DNA of 64,000 nt from Zancudomyces culisetae HAW-14-8 (lineage: Eukaryota; Fungi; Kickxellomycota): the NCBI GenBank assembly GCA_052426225.1, contig JBNJNM010000012.1, forward strand, positions 1,674,001 through 1,738,000, in the 5' to 3' direction. Below, piece after piece: positions 27,801 to 39,600 of the stretch. The notes below the pieces were generated by a model. That model did not search any database and had not been told where the DNA came from. It saw only the letters and a list, made by a program, of their open reading frames with translations. Each line of letters starts with the position of its first letter. The first letter of the stretch is position 1. The position numbers and the translations under genes were made by a program.

Positions 27801-27955
27801 AACACAAGAGATCTAAACAAGACTTTGTGCCCTTGTGGAGCATACCACTCTTTTAGTCCCGCTTTTAGAAAAAGTACTTCTAAAATTGACGTATTCTCAT
27901 TTATTACTACTTCGATTAGCATCATCAAAGCTTCTCGAGTTATGGTATACCTCAT
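24864..27955 (-). CDS. Divergent cytochrome P450, ~12 exons, with a long hydrophobic N-terminus
   Basis: Spliced model contains K-helix ESLR (ExxR), LSNGYTIPKNS, a PERF-like FNAYRH, and heme-ligand FGFER|TCPG. Includes a 23-nt exon (26496-26518) and a 38-nt exon (25206-25243). Confidence 0.8.
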
Positions 27956-30900
27956 CTTGTAGTAGGCATACTCATAGATCCTGTGTGATGTGATTGATAT
28001 TCGCCTATCTAGTTTAGTTAGGATAAAACTTGCTGAGTTATCTTTCAGGTTTTTTGGTGCTTTGAAATATCAGTATATTTATACGTTGTATATCTGCAAT
28101 ACAGCATTCGGGGGGTTTTTTTTGTGAAAAAAGTTGTTATTAGTTGTTTAAAATATACTTGTGAGCAGAATTGTTTAAACTCTATATTACGTAAACTTGC
28201 AAAATAACATAAAAAGCTCAACTGAGTCCAAGCAAATTAATTGGTCATAAAATTTGAATGTAAATCATCGGAGTACCAAGCACATAGCATCCATGATGTA
28301 GTAATATCAAAATGGGGGGGGGGGAGGAAAAAACTTTTACAACACATCAATCCTTGATTATCCATATATAAGATATGGCCAATCACAAAATGCAACCAAG
28401 CTATAAAAAAAAACGCAAAATGGAGAATCTTCATTGTAGTAATTTATCATATGTTACATAAGCTTCTTTTATTTTCTTTTTTGCCTTCGGAGTTACGGGG
28501 CCTCAAGTTTGGATCTGCCGATACAATCAGGGATTCGGAGATAAAAACGCGGAATAGTGTAAACTGGATATATGGAGAGTTTTTTTTTTTTGTAGAAACA
28601 TCCACTAGAGAGTTGCAAGGGTTAATCTATGTTTAGGACTCAACTGGGAGACTTGGTACAAATTGTGAAACGCTCAATAAGGCTAAATAGTGAGTGGTCT
28701 TTTTGAGCTACATTTCTTTTGTTTCTTTCACCAAGTGAAAAAAAATAATAGGTAAAACAACATTTAATAGTTGTGATATTTCAAAATCGCCACATTTAAA
28801 CCAGAAGAATTAAGTTTGTATAGAGTGGAGAGCGACAATTAGGTGGTCACAAACGGTTGAGGATTTCTAAGTTGCGCTTGTTTTGTTTTGCTTTGCTTTG
28901 TTTATTCTTTTTGGTTTCTGCCTTTACCCCTCGAGTTATTGTTTGTCAGACGTACAAAGTATAAAATGAGATTAGCTCACACTTGTCAAATATAAGAAAT
29001 TCTAGTTACTACCAATTGCATAATAATGTATTATGGATTCATTACCACGAAAACAAGCAAGGTAAAATTACTCGGTCCTGATTGCTTAGTATGATATACG
29101 TCATCAAGCATGTAATAGGATTTTTAAAAAGATATAATTTCAAAAGGTGAAATGAATAATTTCGATAATTAAACGGCACCAGTAAATAAAAAGAAGAGAT
29201 GATGAGGCAAAGAAGGATTAGTCAGTGATATCAAACATAGATTCGTTATCAAAACCGAGTCATGTTTAATCCCCTGATATTTTGTAACCAGTGTATGATA
29301 CGTATAGCTTGTGTCTAAATGACCAGATAGACGCACAGCTGAATTCAGGTGGAGCGCAGTGTCACAATTACAAGTCAGCCTAATAAATTGCACACATACA
29401 TGGATGGTCAATCCCTAAAAGTACTCAAAATATCGTTAATTGTGACAAGTAAATAAGCTGTCGTCTAAATGTCGTTGGAGAACACTGCTTATTAGTCACC
29501 GCGAGTTTATCAATCTCGGTGTATTATACGACATGGCCTCTATATCCAAGTGCTTGTAATCTCGATTTTAATCATGTAGTACAAGATTCAATTCTGGTAT
29601 GAAACAGGAGACTTTTGCTAGTTCACAAAAAGATAAGCGTGACACTATGCAAATAAATATTTTGAAAGGGCGCAAATGTGGCTGCATATAACTTTGAATG
29701 TTTCCAATTTGCTATTTGATGAGGAGCGTGAAATTTAGAAAAACACTGCCATTTCTTGATTGTCAAAGAATTAATGGAGAGAAGGGTAGATCAGAGGGAG
29801 TAGTAGTAGTAGTAGTAGTAAATTAATCTAAACAATGCACATGCTACTACTGTTATAACATTGCATAATAAACTGCCGTTCTTTGGGTATTACCATTGTA
29901 GAAAAGTGTATAATGAAATTTTTATTAATGGCGAGGTTAGGATTCAGTTTTTGGTATTAATAGTTTATTTATCAAAGATTTGTGTTTTTTTTTACTTTTC
30001 CCTTTTCTAAATTTTTTGCTAATACCATTCTAAAGTGTATATATTTGCTACCTTCCTAAAAAAGAAACTCCAGTAAATGATAGCGTGAATTAGAAACGCT
30101 CCAAGTTGATGAAAAAGGTTGGGAGAAGGGGAAGGGGAAGGGGAAGGAATAGGATGGTGGTGGTTTTACTTGAATGTTCTAGTGAATATAGGCATTTGAT
30201 TTTAAAAGCATATGTTAGAAGAACCGAAAAGCTTAAAGTGGCAAATAGTATAATGTAATCAAACAATTCAATGAGAAAGGTAAAAGAGAAAGAGAAAATT
30301 TATAGCGAGCGGTGATGATTTTACCTAGCTATACCAAGCTTTATAATTTTAGGATGTAATGTGGAGACGAAAAAAAAGCTAAATCAGGTTGGTATATATT
30401 AAGATGTTCAATGATATGTTTTTGAACTAGGATACAAGCATTTTTTGAAGGATATGAAGTATTAGAGCGAAATAATTCCTAGGAAGTATAGTCACAGATT
30501 GTACTATCGATAAAAGCTTAACGAATATTCGGTGTAACATTCTAGTGGTTAGTTAGTGACTAGGTAGTCATTTAAAGTGTTTTTATTTGGTTTTGTTTTC
30601 GCTTTTGATTTTGATTTATTTTACAAAATTAGAAAACAAATATACTTGAGCATTTATTAAACTCAAGTTAGTTTATAAGTGTACTTTAACAAATGTGGAT
30701 CTTTAAAGTGAGCAAATACAAGGTGATTACTATTATATTATCCAATCTGAGCGGACTGCCTTTATAAGAGTTCAGATAAAGGAGAAAATAACGAGATAAG
30801 CTTACAAGTACATAGTGGCCATGGATTAGACTAGAGCAGCTTTTTCTAGATTACAATTACAAAAATTGCAACTGGAATTCCCACATATCTAAGAATAGGC

Positions 30901-33138
30901 AAGATAATTTTCAAATCAAGTGGTTCCAATTTAAGAACTGTGTTTCCATGGTTTTATAGAATTTATTGGTATCTGAGATAAGGATATTCAATAACACATA
31001 GCTTGATGGATAAAACCAGAGGTAGTTCGGGTGAACTATATGTGGTTTAGGCGTTAATTTGGATATAAATAATGTCAAGAAATTAGGTAGGGTTTAAATA
31101 TTAACATTAAAACATAGGCAAATTAAGAATATTATCGGAGCAAATAAGAAAAATTATATTCCGAAGCGAATATAGTTGTAAACAACTACAATAGATAATT
31201 TTTTGGTTGATGGTAATTTTATAACGCAAAGCGGATCCATCCATCTCAAGTTAATTGCTAAAAATTAATTAATGTATGTATATATATATATTGAAAACAC
31301 AAAGCATGATATAGTAAAAGGCAAAAGAAAAGAAAGGGAAGGTAAGAGAAGGTAAGAGAAGAGGAAAGAGAGAAAAGCTGAAACATATCAGAAGAGGGGG
31401 ATAGCTGGCGTTAACTGGAGGAGTATATGTTAAGAAAATAATTAAGGTAAGCAATTTATTTTATCAAATTTACGTAAAAAAACATCACCATTTCTTATAA
31501 TTGCGGCTTTACGAAGAATTTTTTATTTTTTTACATGGCAGAAATATTAGCAAACTGGTTTATTAGTCCCAATAAATAGGTGTAAAATGGTAATTGATGT
31601 TTCTAAAATTATAAAATTTCAAAAAAAAATAAAATTAGATATGTAATCATATATATTAGAATTGAGATTGTAAGTATTTATAACGAGATATGTTTAGTTT
31701 ATAAATTCATCTATAAAAAAACTAAAGGTATATGAGTATTCAATTGGCTTTTGTTATTCAAATAAACCCAAAACATGACAAATTGAAAAATAAATATAAA
31801 TGCTTGAAAGTGTAGTGTACAAATTTGTAGACCAAGCTGAAGAAGAAAAAAGATAAAGCAGAAAATCAAAATAAAAGCGCAAAATAAAAATGGAAAAGTA
31901 TGCTTATACTGGTGATTTAAACCATAATATAAACACACGTATGATAAATTTTAGTTTGTAATTTTTTGATACAACGCAAAATTGCGAGTAATAATAGACA
32001 AAAGTATTAAATAAAAAATAATTATAAACAAACCAGATAAAAATGACAAAAAAATTTTTACCAGTGGTAAGGTTGGATTTAGCAGTAGACGCTTTAAAAT
32101 TATTGTAATTTTAATTTTTTGCACGCAAAAAAAAAAAGAAAAAAAAAATTAAAAAAGAAAATAATTAAAAAAGAGCTCGAATGTAATGTTTGCTTTTGTA
32201 TATTATTTTTATCAGCACTATTAAATGATTTGTGGAATAATAAAAAAAATTCAGATTGATTTGCTAATTTACTGGAATTTAATTTTATTTTTTGTTAACA
32301 GCTGACAAGTATATAGGTAACAAAAATAATGCATAAAATAATCTGTAAAAAAAAAAAAATTAAATAATATTAATACACCATTTTAAAATTTAAAAAAAAT
32401 TAACAAGTGGAATAAAATAAAATAATAAAAAAAGATCACCAAATAATTAAACATAGATTGATTATATGTATTCTTAATTTGGCAGTAAATAAAAAAAAGA
32501 GCGACTTGTAAAAAATAAAAACTCTGGTTGTAAAAGTATTGAGATATAGAGACGAGCTAAAATCAAGGACAGCGCGATAAAAGGTAAATTAAGGAAATAC
32601 AAGATTGAATCAATGCACAGAATAATTGATTGAAACACTTAAGGAATTTTCTTTTTTTTTATTTTTGGTCATTTTGGTTGATATTCTTGCATTGGCACTC
32701 TCTATGACTTGAGAGCCTTTACAAGGATGTAAAGTTTTTTTTTTAAAAAAATGAAGAGTAGGGATTAAACTAAACGTATACAAAAATAGTTTTAGATACA
32801 AGCGAATCAAAATATATAAAATTGAAAATAAACAAAAGGCGAGACAGTTGTGCAAAGGGGGAATAAGGCAGGAAGAGACGGTATATATAAATTTGATGAT
32901 AAATTCAAGAATTTACATTTTGCCAAAGAAAAGAAAAAAGCCGAATAAAAATTGCAACAATACAGATATATAAAAAAGAAGAAGGCCACGAGAGTAAATG
33001 TACAAGTATACCAGAATTCTAGAAAAAACTAACGAGATTTATTATTGAACTGTACCAAATTCTTTTTTTTTTAAAAAAAAAAGAAATCTAAAGGAAGGAA
33101 AGGAAATCAATTTTAGAGATATAAAAAAGGAATAAAGA

Positions 33139-36100
33139 ATGGAGAACTCACCACCAAAAGATAATAGACAAAGATTAAGAACAAATCTTGATAGTTTGCA
33201 TGGAGGGGAGAGAAAAAGGGAGGAGAGAGCTGAGGATAAGCAAGGAGGAGCGGGATCAGCGTTTCCAGTGCCATTGGAAGGAGACGAACAGAGAACACAA
33301 TATATGGCGTTTGAGGAGAAGAGACCAGTTGGACTTATGGAGAAGATTAGTGGACAGAATTATAAGGAGGCAGTGATTAGAAAAAACCGAGTGAAAAGGA
33401 TTGAAATCCCATCACTGGAGAGCTTTAGTGTTGGAATAGACGAGATTTTCAATTCAGGGCGCGGATACACATATGAGAATAACTATGGAGAACGGAACGA
33501 GTACCAGAGTGCGTTTGGAGGAAGCACGGGTAGATCAACGGATGGAAAGTATCCAAGCAGATTTCGGGTAGTGGAAGATAAAAGACTTCATAAAGTGGGA
33601 TCACAAGAATCGTTAACAGGAGAAAGTAGTGCAAGGAGTGAATGGGAGAGAGTATATCGATATATCAAGAGTTCAAGTCCACCAGTGAGGAGAGTTGACA
33701 AAAGTGATAAGGAAAAGATAGGTAATGTTGAAGAAGGGTCAAGGAAACAACAACAAAAGCAACAGAAATCACAGCAACATCAAGATGAGGGAAAAGAAAG
33801 AGGAAGGGAAGGAGGAGGAGATGGAGAAGGAGAAGGGGATAGAGAAGGGGAGGGGGGAAGTGATTTGTTGAGGGGATATAAATTTAAATATAGTTATAGT
33901 GCAGTTGACTTTCGAAAAAAGTTTTGGCCAGCTAGTGAGGGAAATTCAGACAATGAAGAGGATGTGGTTGTTGGAGCAAGAAACGTGGGCGAAGGGATAA
34001 AAAGAGAGGGCAAAGGCAAGATTGAAAGTATAGGTAAAAGGAGAATCAAAGAGGAAGGAGATATTAGAAGTGTAGGGGCAGGTGATAACAAACGAATAGG
34101 GAGAGGAGAGATGTTACGAGACGAGTGGATAGATATAAATGATTTTGGGAGCTACCCTAACAGCAAACCGGCATTTATCAAGAAAGTACTTACGGATCCA
34201 CGTAACCGACCAGAATTGTTGGGATTGAAGTATATGGAGTCGAATAGAGCAGATATGGATATTCCAAAATATTTTGATACAAGACAAGGAGTAGAGACGA
34301 TAGGAACTAAATCAATGAGTTATAGACCAAATATTCGTAGAGCTGAGACAAAGGATACAGAAGAGGAGAAAAAGAAAAAGGAACAAGAAATTGCAAAGAA
34401 ATTGAAAGAGCAAGAAAAAGAAGATGAGATATACACCAATCTTAGATTACTTGAAAACACACTTGTTCTTTCACCACTTGATGCATTAGTTGCACAACTT
34501 ACCTCGGAATTATACAACATATATCTATCAGAGAGTAAAGAACAACGACTTGCGGAACTGATAACTTTAGGGATGAAGCGGGAAGATGTATACGAGAAAT
34601 CGGGGTATTTTTCATGGGGATTGGCCGAGAGTAATAAGAAATGGATAGAAGAAATACTAAACAAGAGTGATGTTGGGGATTCGAAATTGGAAAAACAAGG
34701 AAGAAAAGGAGAAGATGGGAGGAGCAGGAGGAGGAGGAGTCAAAATGAAAATGAAAATGAAAATGAAAATGAAAATAAAGGTGATATTGTGGATGCAGAT
34801 CAAGATGATGCTGGAATACTTTCATTGATTCCATATCCAATAAAAAAGGAAACAACAAGAAAAGGAAGAGGTAGAGGTAGAGGTAGAGTTAGAGGGCAAG
34901 AGTTTAGGGATTATTTTAATGATACTAGTAGTATAAGCAGTAGTGTGAGTAATACAAGTAATGCAAGTGAAAGGTTTATAGACGAAGGGTTTGATGGAGT
35001 AAAGTATTATGGAATCAATAGAAAAATGACAGCAGAAAGTAGAGATACAAGTATAAATACAGATAGAATAGAAAAGAGTATAGAGAAGAGACGAGCTTAT
35101 CGTGCAAAGGATCCAATACGATTAGTTGGAACAGCTAAACAATCCAAATATAGTGATAATAATAATAATAATAATGATGATAATTATGATGAACAACAGA
35201 GTGAAGATGAAGAGGATGATGAAGAAGATGATGATGAAGAGGAAGATGAAGAAGAAGAGGAAGAAGAGGAGGAAGATGAAGAGTGTGACGAGTATGGATA
35301 TTCTAAAAGTGTTTTGAAAAAAGGAAACGATAATTTAAAAGTTGATAGCAACAATAATGGTAATAGTAATAGTAAAAGTAAAAGTAGTAATGATATGTTA
35401 GGAAACTATGCAGTATCACCAGCAAGAGTTGGATTGTTACGAGCATTAGGTAGACGACATAGTATTCGACTTGAGCCCAATCAAGGTAGAATCAAAGTAA
35501 TGAGTACAAGTTTAGCAACCGGAAAGTTATCTAGTAATTTAGGTGAACGAGTAGGAGTAGGAAAATCAACAACAACAACAACAAAAAAAACAACAAGAGG
35601 AGGAGAAGAAGAAGAAGAAGGAGGTGGAATAGAAAAAAGTGATGGTAATGGTAATGGTAGAGTGGTGGATATATCGGCACTTGAAGGATTAGATTTATCA
35701 ATTGCATACAAGTTACGAACGACTACAGACTTGACACAACTTACACAGATGCCAAAAACAAAACAAATATCGTATCAACATGAAATAGATACAGCTAGGC
35801 GAGTCATAAAAAGTAGAAGACAGTCACCAATCAGAGTTTATTCAGCTGGTCAAGTGAATTTAGATGAAAAGACCAACAATAACAATGATAATGTTGTTTA
35901 TTTACTAGATGAGATACAAGAACAAACTAGTAACAATTCAACTGATAGCAATAACAATAATAGTAGTAGTAAAAATAAAAGTAAAAGTAATGAGGGTGGT
36001 GATGGTGAAAGTATTCGAAAAAGACGACGGAATTTACGAAACTTGAGATTAGCACAAAAATCAGCTCAAGTGATTGAACTTCCTCCACCAGTTCCATTAC

Positions 36101-39100
36101 GAGTGCGAACGTCTACAGCGGTTAAATCATATGATCCAATGATATTTGTATGCAGAAATGATATTCCACACCCACATTCACATTCACATTCACATTCAAA
36201 ATCACAATCACAATCATATTATAATTCTTATAATAATAATAATAATAGTAATAATACTAGTTTTAGAAATACAGAGGCCGAGTTACAAAACAAGATTGCG
36301 GCATGTAGAACGATTTTATATCTTCGAAAAATGCAAGATAGTCAAGATGAAGCTACTGCTGTTGCAACGGCGGCAGCAGTAGCAGCGGAGAGAATGCGAG
36401 ATTTAAGAAAAAATAAAACCAAACATTTCTCTATAGCAGGAGGAGAAGGTGTAGTAGGTGTAGGTGTAGTAGGTGTAGGTGTAGTAGGTGTAGGAGTAGG
36501 AGGAGAAAGAGAAAGAGAAAGAGAAAGAGAGAATGATGTTAATATAAAGATGATTAGAAGTAAAAGTGAAATTGAAAGAAAAGAAGCATCAAGATTAAAT
36601 GAACATTTGATATTGGAAAATAATGGAAAACTTAAACGAAATAAAAACCTAGATGTGGGTTTAGGTTTGGGTTTGGGTTTGGGTATGGATTTGGTAAATA
36701 ATAGAGATGGATTAATACCATCATCATCTCTATCTAATAACAATTTCAATTCAAGCAAAAAAGGATTAATACTACATGGACCAGTTTTTAAAATCATGTC
36801 AGCTCTGAGTTGTCAGGCTGATACATATTTGTTTTTATTTCCTGGACTATTAGTTGTGTGTAAAGGAGTAAAAGACGACAACAACAATAATAATGGAACA
36901 TTAAAAAGTCTAATAGAATATAAAGTATCGAATAGACAAGAAGAGATTCCAAAGGGGTATAAATATATGCCAATGATAGTAATTCCTATAAACAAATATT
37001 CAACGATTATTAATACAAGTCGAACCAGTACTTTTACTACAAAATCATCAATAGGAGATCAAGAAAAGGAAAAAGAAAAAGAAAAGGATCGAAAGGTTAG
37101 AAAAATGGAAAGAAAATTACGCCAAGTAGTAAAGGCATTTGAAATAGATCCATACGAAGCAGTTATTCTACTGGTTGAAAGCAAAATCATAGCATCACCA
37201 TCATCGGATAAACTGGCAGATTTCCTGGTTCGAAGCACAGAACTAAACCGTCGGCAACTAGGAAGGTTTCTAGGAAGCGGATTGTTGGCCAAAGGACTGG
37301 GTAAAAACCCTACACGAGAAGAAGTGGTTCGAGAAAGCCAGTATTATATGGCAGTGTGGCAGTACTATATAGACCGGCAACACGTAGTCGGTGTGCCATT
37401 AGACGAGGCACTGCGACAGTTGTTGTTGACGTTGAAACTGCCCAACGATCCTGTTTGTATTAATGTATTATTGGACTCGTTTTCTCAGCACTGGTTTTTG
37501 AAGAACAAAGCTGTTTATGATAATTATACTAAACGACGTGGCCGGTCTCAGGGAAATATTTTGGATATCGACCAATCAGCGTTAGCTTTTAACTCCGCTA
37601 CTGCTAATACTTCTACGGACGCTTTTGTTTGGGTTCCTCATACTCCTGAAACTGTTGTCAAATTGGTTTTTTCTATAATGACTCTCAATGCCGAACTCCA
37701 TAATCCTTTAGTCAGCCACGATTCTTCGCCTGCTATTGCCTTTCGTGATTTTGTCAACAAATTCAAACTTGTTTTGCCTCCTGATGTGGCTCAACAGTCC
37801 CACCTATTTCCTTTCAAAGTTGATCCTACCTATTCTTCTCGTTCGACTCGCAATGTTTCTTCAAATGCATTATCCAGTATTCTTGCTGCTGCTGCTACTG
37901 CTTCTTCTTCTTCTAATTCTAATTCTAATTCTGCTTCTGTTTCAGCTTCGGCCTCAGCTTCGGCTTTAGCTTTGGCTTTGGCTGATGATCCATCTTTATC
38001 TTCTAAAAAGGATCTCTATCTCAAAAAACGTGATCCTTCTTATTCCACTTTTTCATCATCTTCTGCACCCTTGCCTTATACCGATGTTCCTTTGCTTGAA
38101 TTGTTTGCTATTTGGAATCGTGTACTATCTACCAAATTGGATCAAGCCAGTGACCATCGTCGTTCTGCTCCTACTCTTTCTTGGGATTGGATTCCTAATC
38201 CTTCTTTTTCTTCAAATGTCCAATCTTCTTTTGATACTCAACTATCCTCCTGTGTCAATAATAATCCTCCTCCTCCTCCTCCTTCTTCTTCTTCTTCCTC
38301 AAATCATCGTTCTTTAGCTACCTCTTTACTTTCTCAACCTCATCCTCTCTCTACTTCTTCCGCTTCCAACCTACTCTCCACATCTCTTCCTATCCCTCCT
38401 GAACTATTGGATTCTACCTACAGTTGTCTCAAGGATACTTATTCCGACCCTGGCTACAAATCCGGCCTTTTATTCAATTCCTCTTCCGATCGTCTACCTG
38501 CAAAACTCAATGTTCTTTCTCCTGCCCTCATCCGTGTATCCTTTTCTATTCCAAAACCTGATCCCAACTATTCCATCCTAGTTAGAGTCATTGGAAGAGC
38601 CTCTTTTCCTCTTTCCCCTCTTTCCCCTCCTCCTTTACCTCCCCACCCAAACCATCCTCAACATCACCCTCTTCTTGATTCTATGACCAACGATAATTCC
38701 GATCCTTCTGCCTTAGTCTCCATCCTACCTTCTCCTGTTCTCAACTTCAAATCTTCCTCTGCATCCTTCCTCATCTATCCTTTACATGCTGGTCAGGTCA
38801 CTTTACACTTTATTCCTATTGGTTCAAATGCCCGCTACTACAACCCAATCCCCGCAAAACAACTCGTCATTGAAGGCGGCTTTATGTTGTCTACTATCCA
38901 GCTCACTTGGATGAAACCTGATTTACTTGCCCTTAATGACGATTTCTCCAACAACAACAACAACAACAACAACAATAATAATAATCTTTTAGATGATTCA
39001 AATAATCTTCTTTTGAATATGGCTAAAGCCAGGTATATGTTTGGTTCCAATTCTGAACGTTTCAAATTTGTTTGGCTTAATGCTTTGCATTCCATTCTCT

Positions 39101-39396
39101 CCTCCAAAAATTCCCTTATCGACGATCCTTCTTCTACTTCTTCTGATCCCAATTTCCAGATTGTTAATGCCACCTTAAAGGCTGATAAAGTTTTTAAATC
39201 TCTTTCTAATCCCTCTATCATTCCTAATCATCCACCTACTCTTATCATCAACTCTTATAACAACAACAACAACAACAACAACAACATTAATATTAATGGT
39301 GGAAGTGGAAATGGTAATGGTACCGTTCCTAATAGTGGTAACTCTACCTTGTTATCTGGTGATGATTTGGTAAACATTGTTCTTGATAATATTTAA
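33139..39396 (+). CDS. 2085-aa protein with a degenerate Sec7 (Arf-GEF-like) domain, split-PH-like segments and extensive low-complexity tracts
   Basis: Sec7 elements: LADFLVRSTELNRRQLGRFLG, PLDEALRQLLLTLKLP, LVFSIMTLNAELHNP. PH-like strands precede them and a PH-like terminal helix follows. Confidence 0.85.
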   Translation: MENSPPKDNRQRLRTNLDSLHGGERKREERAEDKQGGAGSAFPVPLEGDEQRTQYMAFEEKRPVGLMEKISGQNYKEAVIRKNRVKRIEIPSLESFSVGIDEIFNSGRGYTYENNYGERNEYQSAFGGSTGRSTDGKYPSRFRVVEDKRLHKVGSQESLTGESSARSEWERVYRYIKSSSPPVRRVDKSDKEKIGNVEEGSRKQQQKQQKSQQHQDEGKERGREGGGDGEGEGDREGEGGSDLLRGYKFKYSYSAVDFRKKFWPASEGNSDNEEDVVVGARNVGEGIKREGKGKIESIGKRRIKEEGDIRSVGAGDNKRIGRGEMLRDEWIDINDFGSYPNSKPAFIKKVLTDPRNRPELLGLKYMESNRADMDIPKYFDTRQGVETIGTKSMSYRPNIRRAETKDTEEEKKKKEQEIAKKLKEQEKEDEIYTNLRLLENTLVLSPLDALVAQLTSELYNIYLSESKEQRLAELITLGMKREDVYEKSGYFSWGLAESNKKWIEEILNKSDVGDSKLEKQGRKGEDGRSRRRRSQNENENENENENKGDIVDADQDDAGILSLIPYPIKKETTRKGRGRGRGRVRGQEFRDYFNDTSSISSSVSNTSNASERFIDEGFDGVKYYGINRKMTAESRDTSINTDRIEKSIEKRRAYRAKDPIRLVGTAKQSKYSDNNNNNNDDNYDEQQSEDEEDDEEDDDEEEDEEEEEEEEEDEECDEYGYSKSVLKKGNDNLKVDSNNNGNSNSKSKSSNDMLGNYAVSPARVGLLRALGRRHSIRLEPNQGRIKVMSTSLATGKLSSNLGERVGVGKSTTTTTKKTTRGGEEEEEGGGIEKSDGNGNGRVVDISALEGLDLSIAYKLRTTTDLTQLTQMPKTKQISYQHEIDTARRVIKSRRQSPIRVYSAGQVNLDEKTNNNNDNVVYLLDEIQEQTSNNSTDSNNNNSSSKNKSKSNEGGDGESIRKRRRNLRNLRLAQKSAQVIELPPPVPLRVRTSTAVKSYDPMIFVCRNDIPHPHSHSHSHSKSQSQSYYNSYNNNNNSNNTSFRNTEAELQNKIAACRTILYLRKMQDSQDEATAVATAAAVAAERMRDLRKNKTKHFSIAGGEGVVGVGVVGVGVVGVGVGGERERERERENDVNIKMIRSKSEIERKEASRLNEHLILENNGKLKRNKNLDVGLGLGLGLGMDLVNNRDGLIPSSSLSNNNFNSSKKGLILHGPVFKIMSALSCQADTYLFLFPGLLVVCKGVKDDNNNNNGTLKSLIEYKVSNRQEEIPKGYKYMPMIVIPINKYSTIINTSRTSTFTTKSSIGDQEKEKEKEKDRKVRKMERKLRQVVKAFEIDPYEAVILLVESKIIASPSSDKLADFLVRSTELNRRQLGRFLGSGLLAKGLGKNPTREEVVRESQYYMAVWQYYIDRQHVVGVPLDEALRQLLLTLKLPNDPVCINVLLDSFSQHWFLKNKAVYDNYTKRRGRSQGNILDIDQSALAFNSATANTSTDAFVWVPHTPETVVKLVFSIMTLNAELHNPLVSHDSSPAIAFRDFVNKFKLVLPPDVAQQSHLFPFKVDPTYSSRSTRNVSSNALSSILAAAATASSSSNSNSNSASVSASASASALALALADDPSLSSKKDLYLKKRDPSYSTFSSSSAPLPYTDVPLLELFAIWNRVLSTKLDQASDHRRSAPTLSWDWIPNPSFSSNVQSSFDTQLSSCVNNNPPPPPPSSSSSSNHRSLATSLLSQPHPLSTSSASNLLSTSLPIPPELLDSTYSCLKDTYSDPGYKSGLLFNSSSDRLPAKLNVLSPALIRVSFSIPKPDPNYSILVRVIGRASFPLSPLSPPPLPPHPNHPQHHPLLDSMTNDNSDPSALVSILPSPVLNFKSSSASFLIYPLHAGQVTLHFIPIGSNARYYNPIPAKQLVIEGGFMLSTIQLTWMKPDLLALNDDFSNNNNNNNNNNNNLLDDSNNLLLNMAKARYMFGSNSERFKFVWLNALHSILSSKNSLIDDPSSTSSDPNFQIVNATLKADKVFKSLSNPSIIPNHPPTLIINSYNNNNNNNNNININGGSGNGNGTVPNSGNSTLLSGDDLVNIVLDNI
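35158..35283 (+). repeat. Coding trinucleotide microsatellites (AAT, GAT/GAA) encoding poly-N and poly-D/E
   Basis: Directly visible; one of many simple repeats in the Sec7-like ORF. Confidence 0.9.
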
Positions 39397-39566
39397 TTTA
39401 TTTCTTTTTTTTCTTTTCTTTTCTTTTTTTTTTCTTTCTTTTCGTATAAAAAAAAAAATATATATATATATTAATAGTAAATTATAAATAACACCCTTCA
39501 CCTCCCCCCCCCATCCCCACCGTATGATATATAAAACAATACTTTTTTTGCTATAAATTATATTTT

Positions 39567-39599
39567 AATCTAATAAAATCTAATAAAATCTAATAAAAT
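39567..39599 (+). terminator. Tandem 10-mer (AATCTAATAA)x3 containing three AATAAA; probable poly(A) signal of the Sec7-like gene
   Basis: aatctaataaaatctaataaaatctaataaaat lies ~170 nt after the Sec7 stop and abuts the NSUN stop. Confidence 0.5.
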
Positions 39600-39600
39600 A

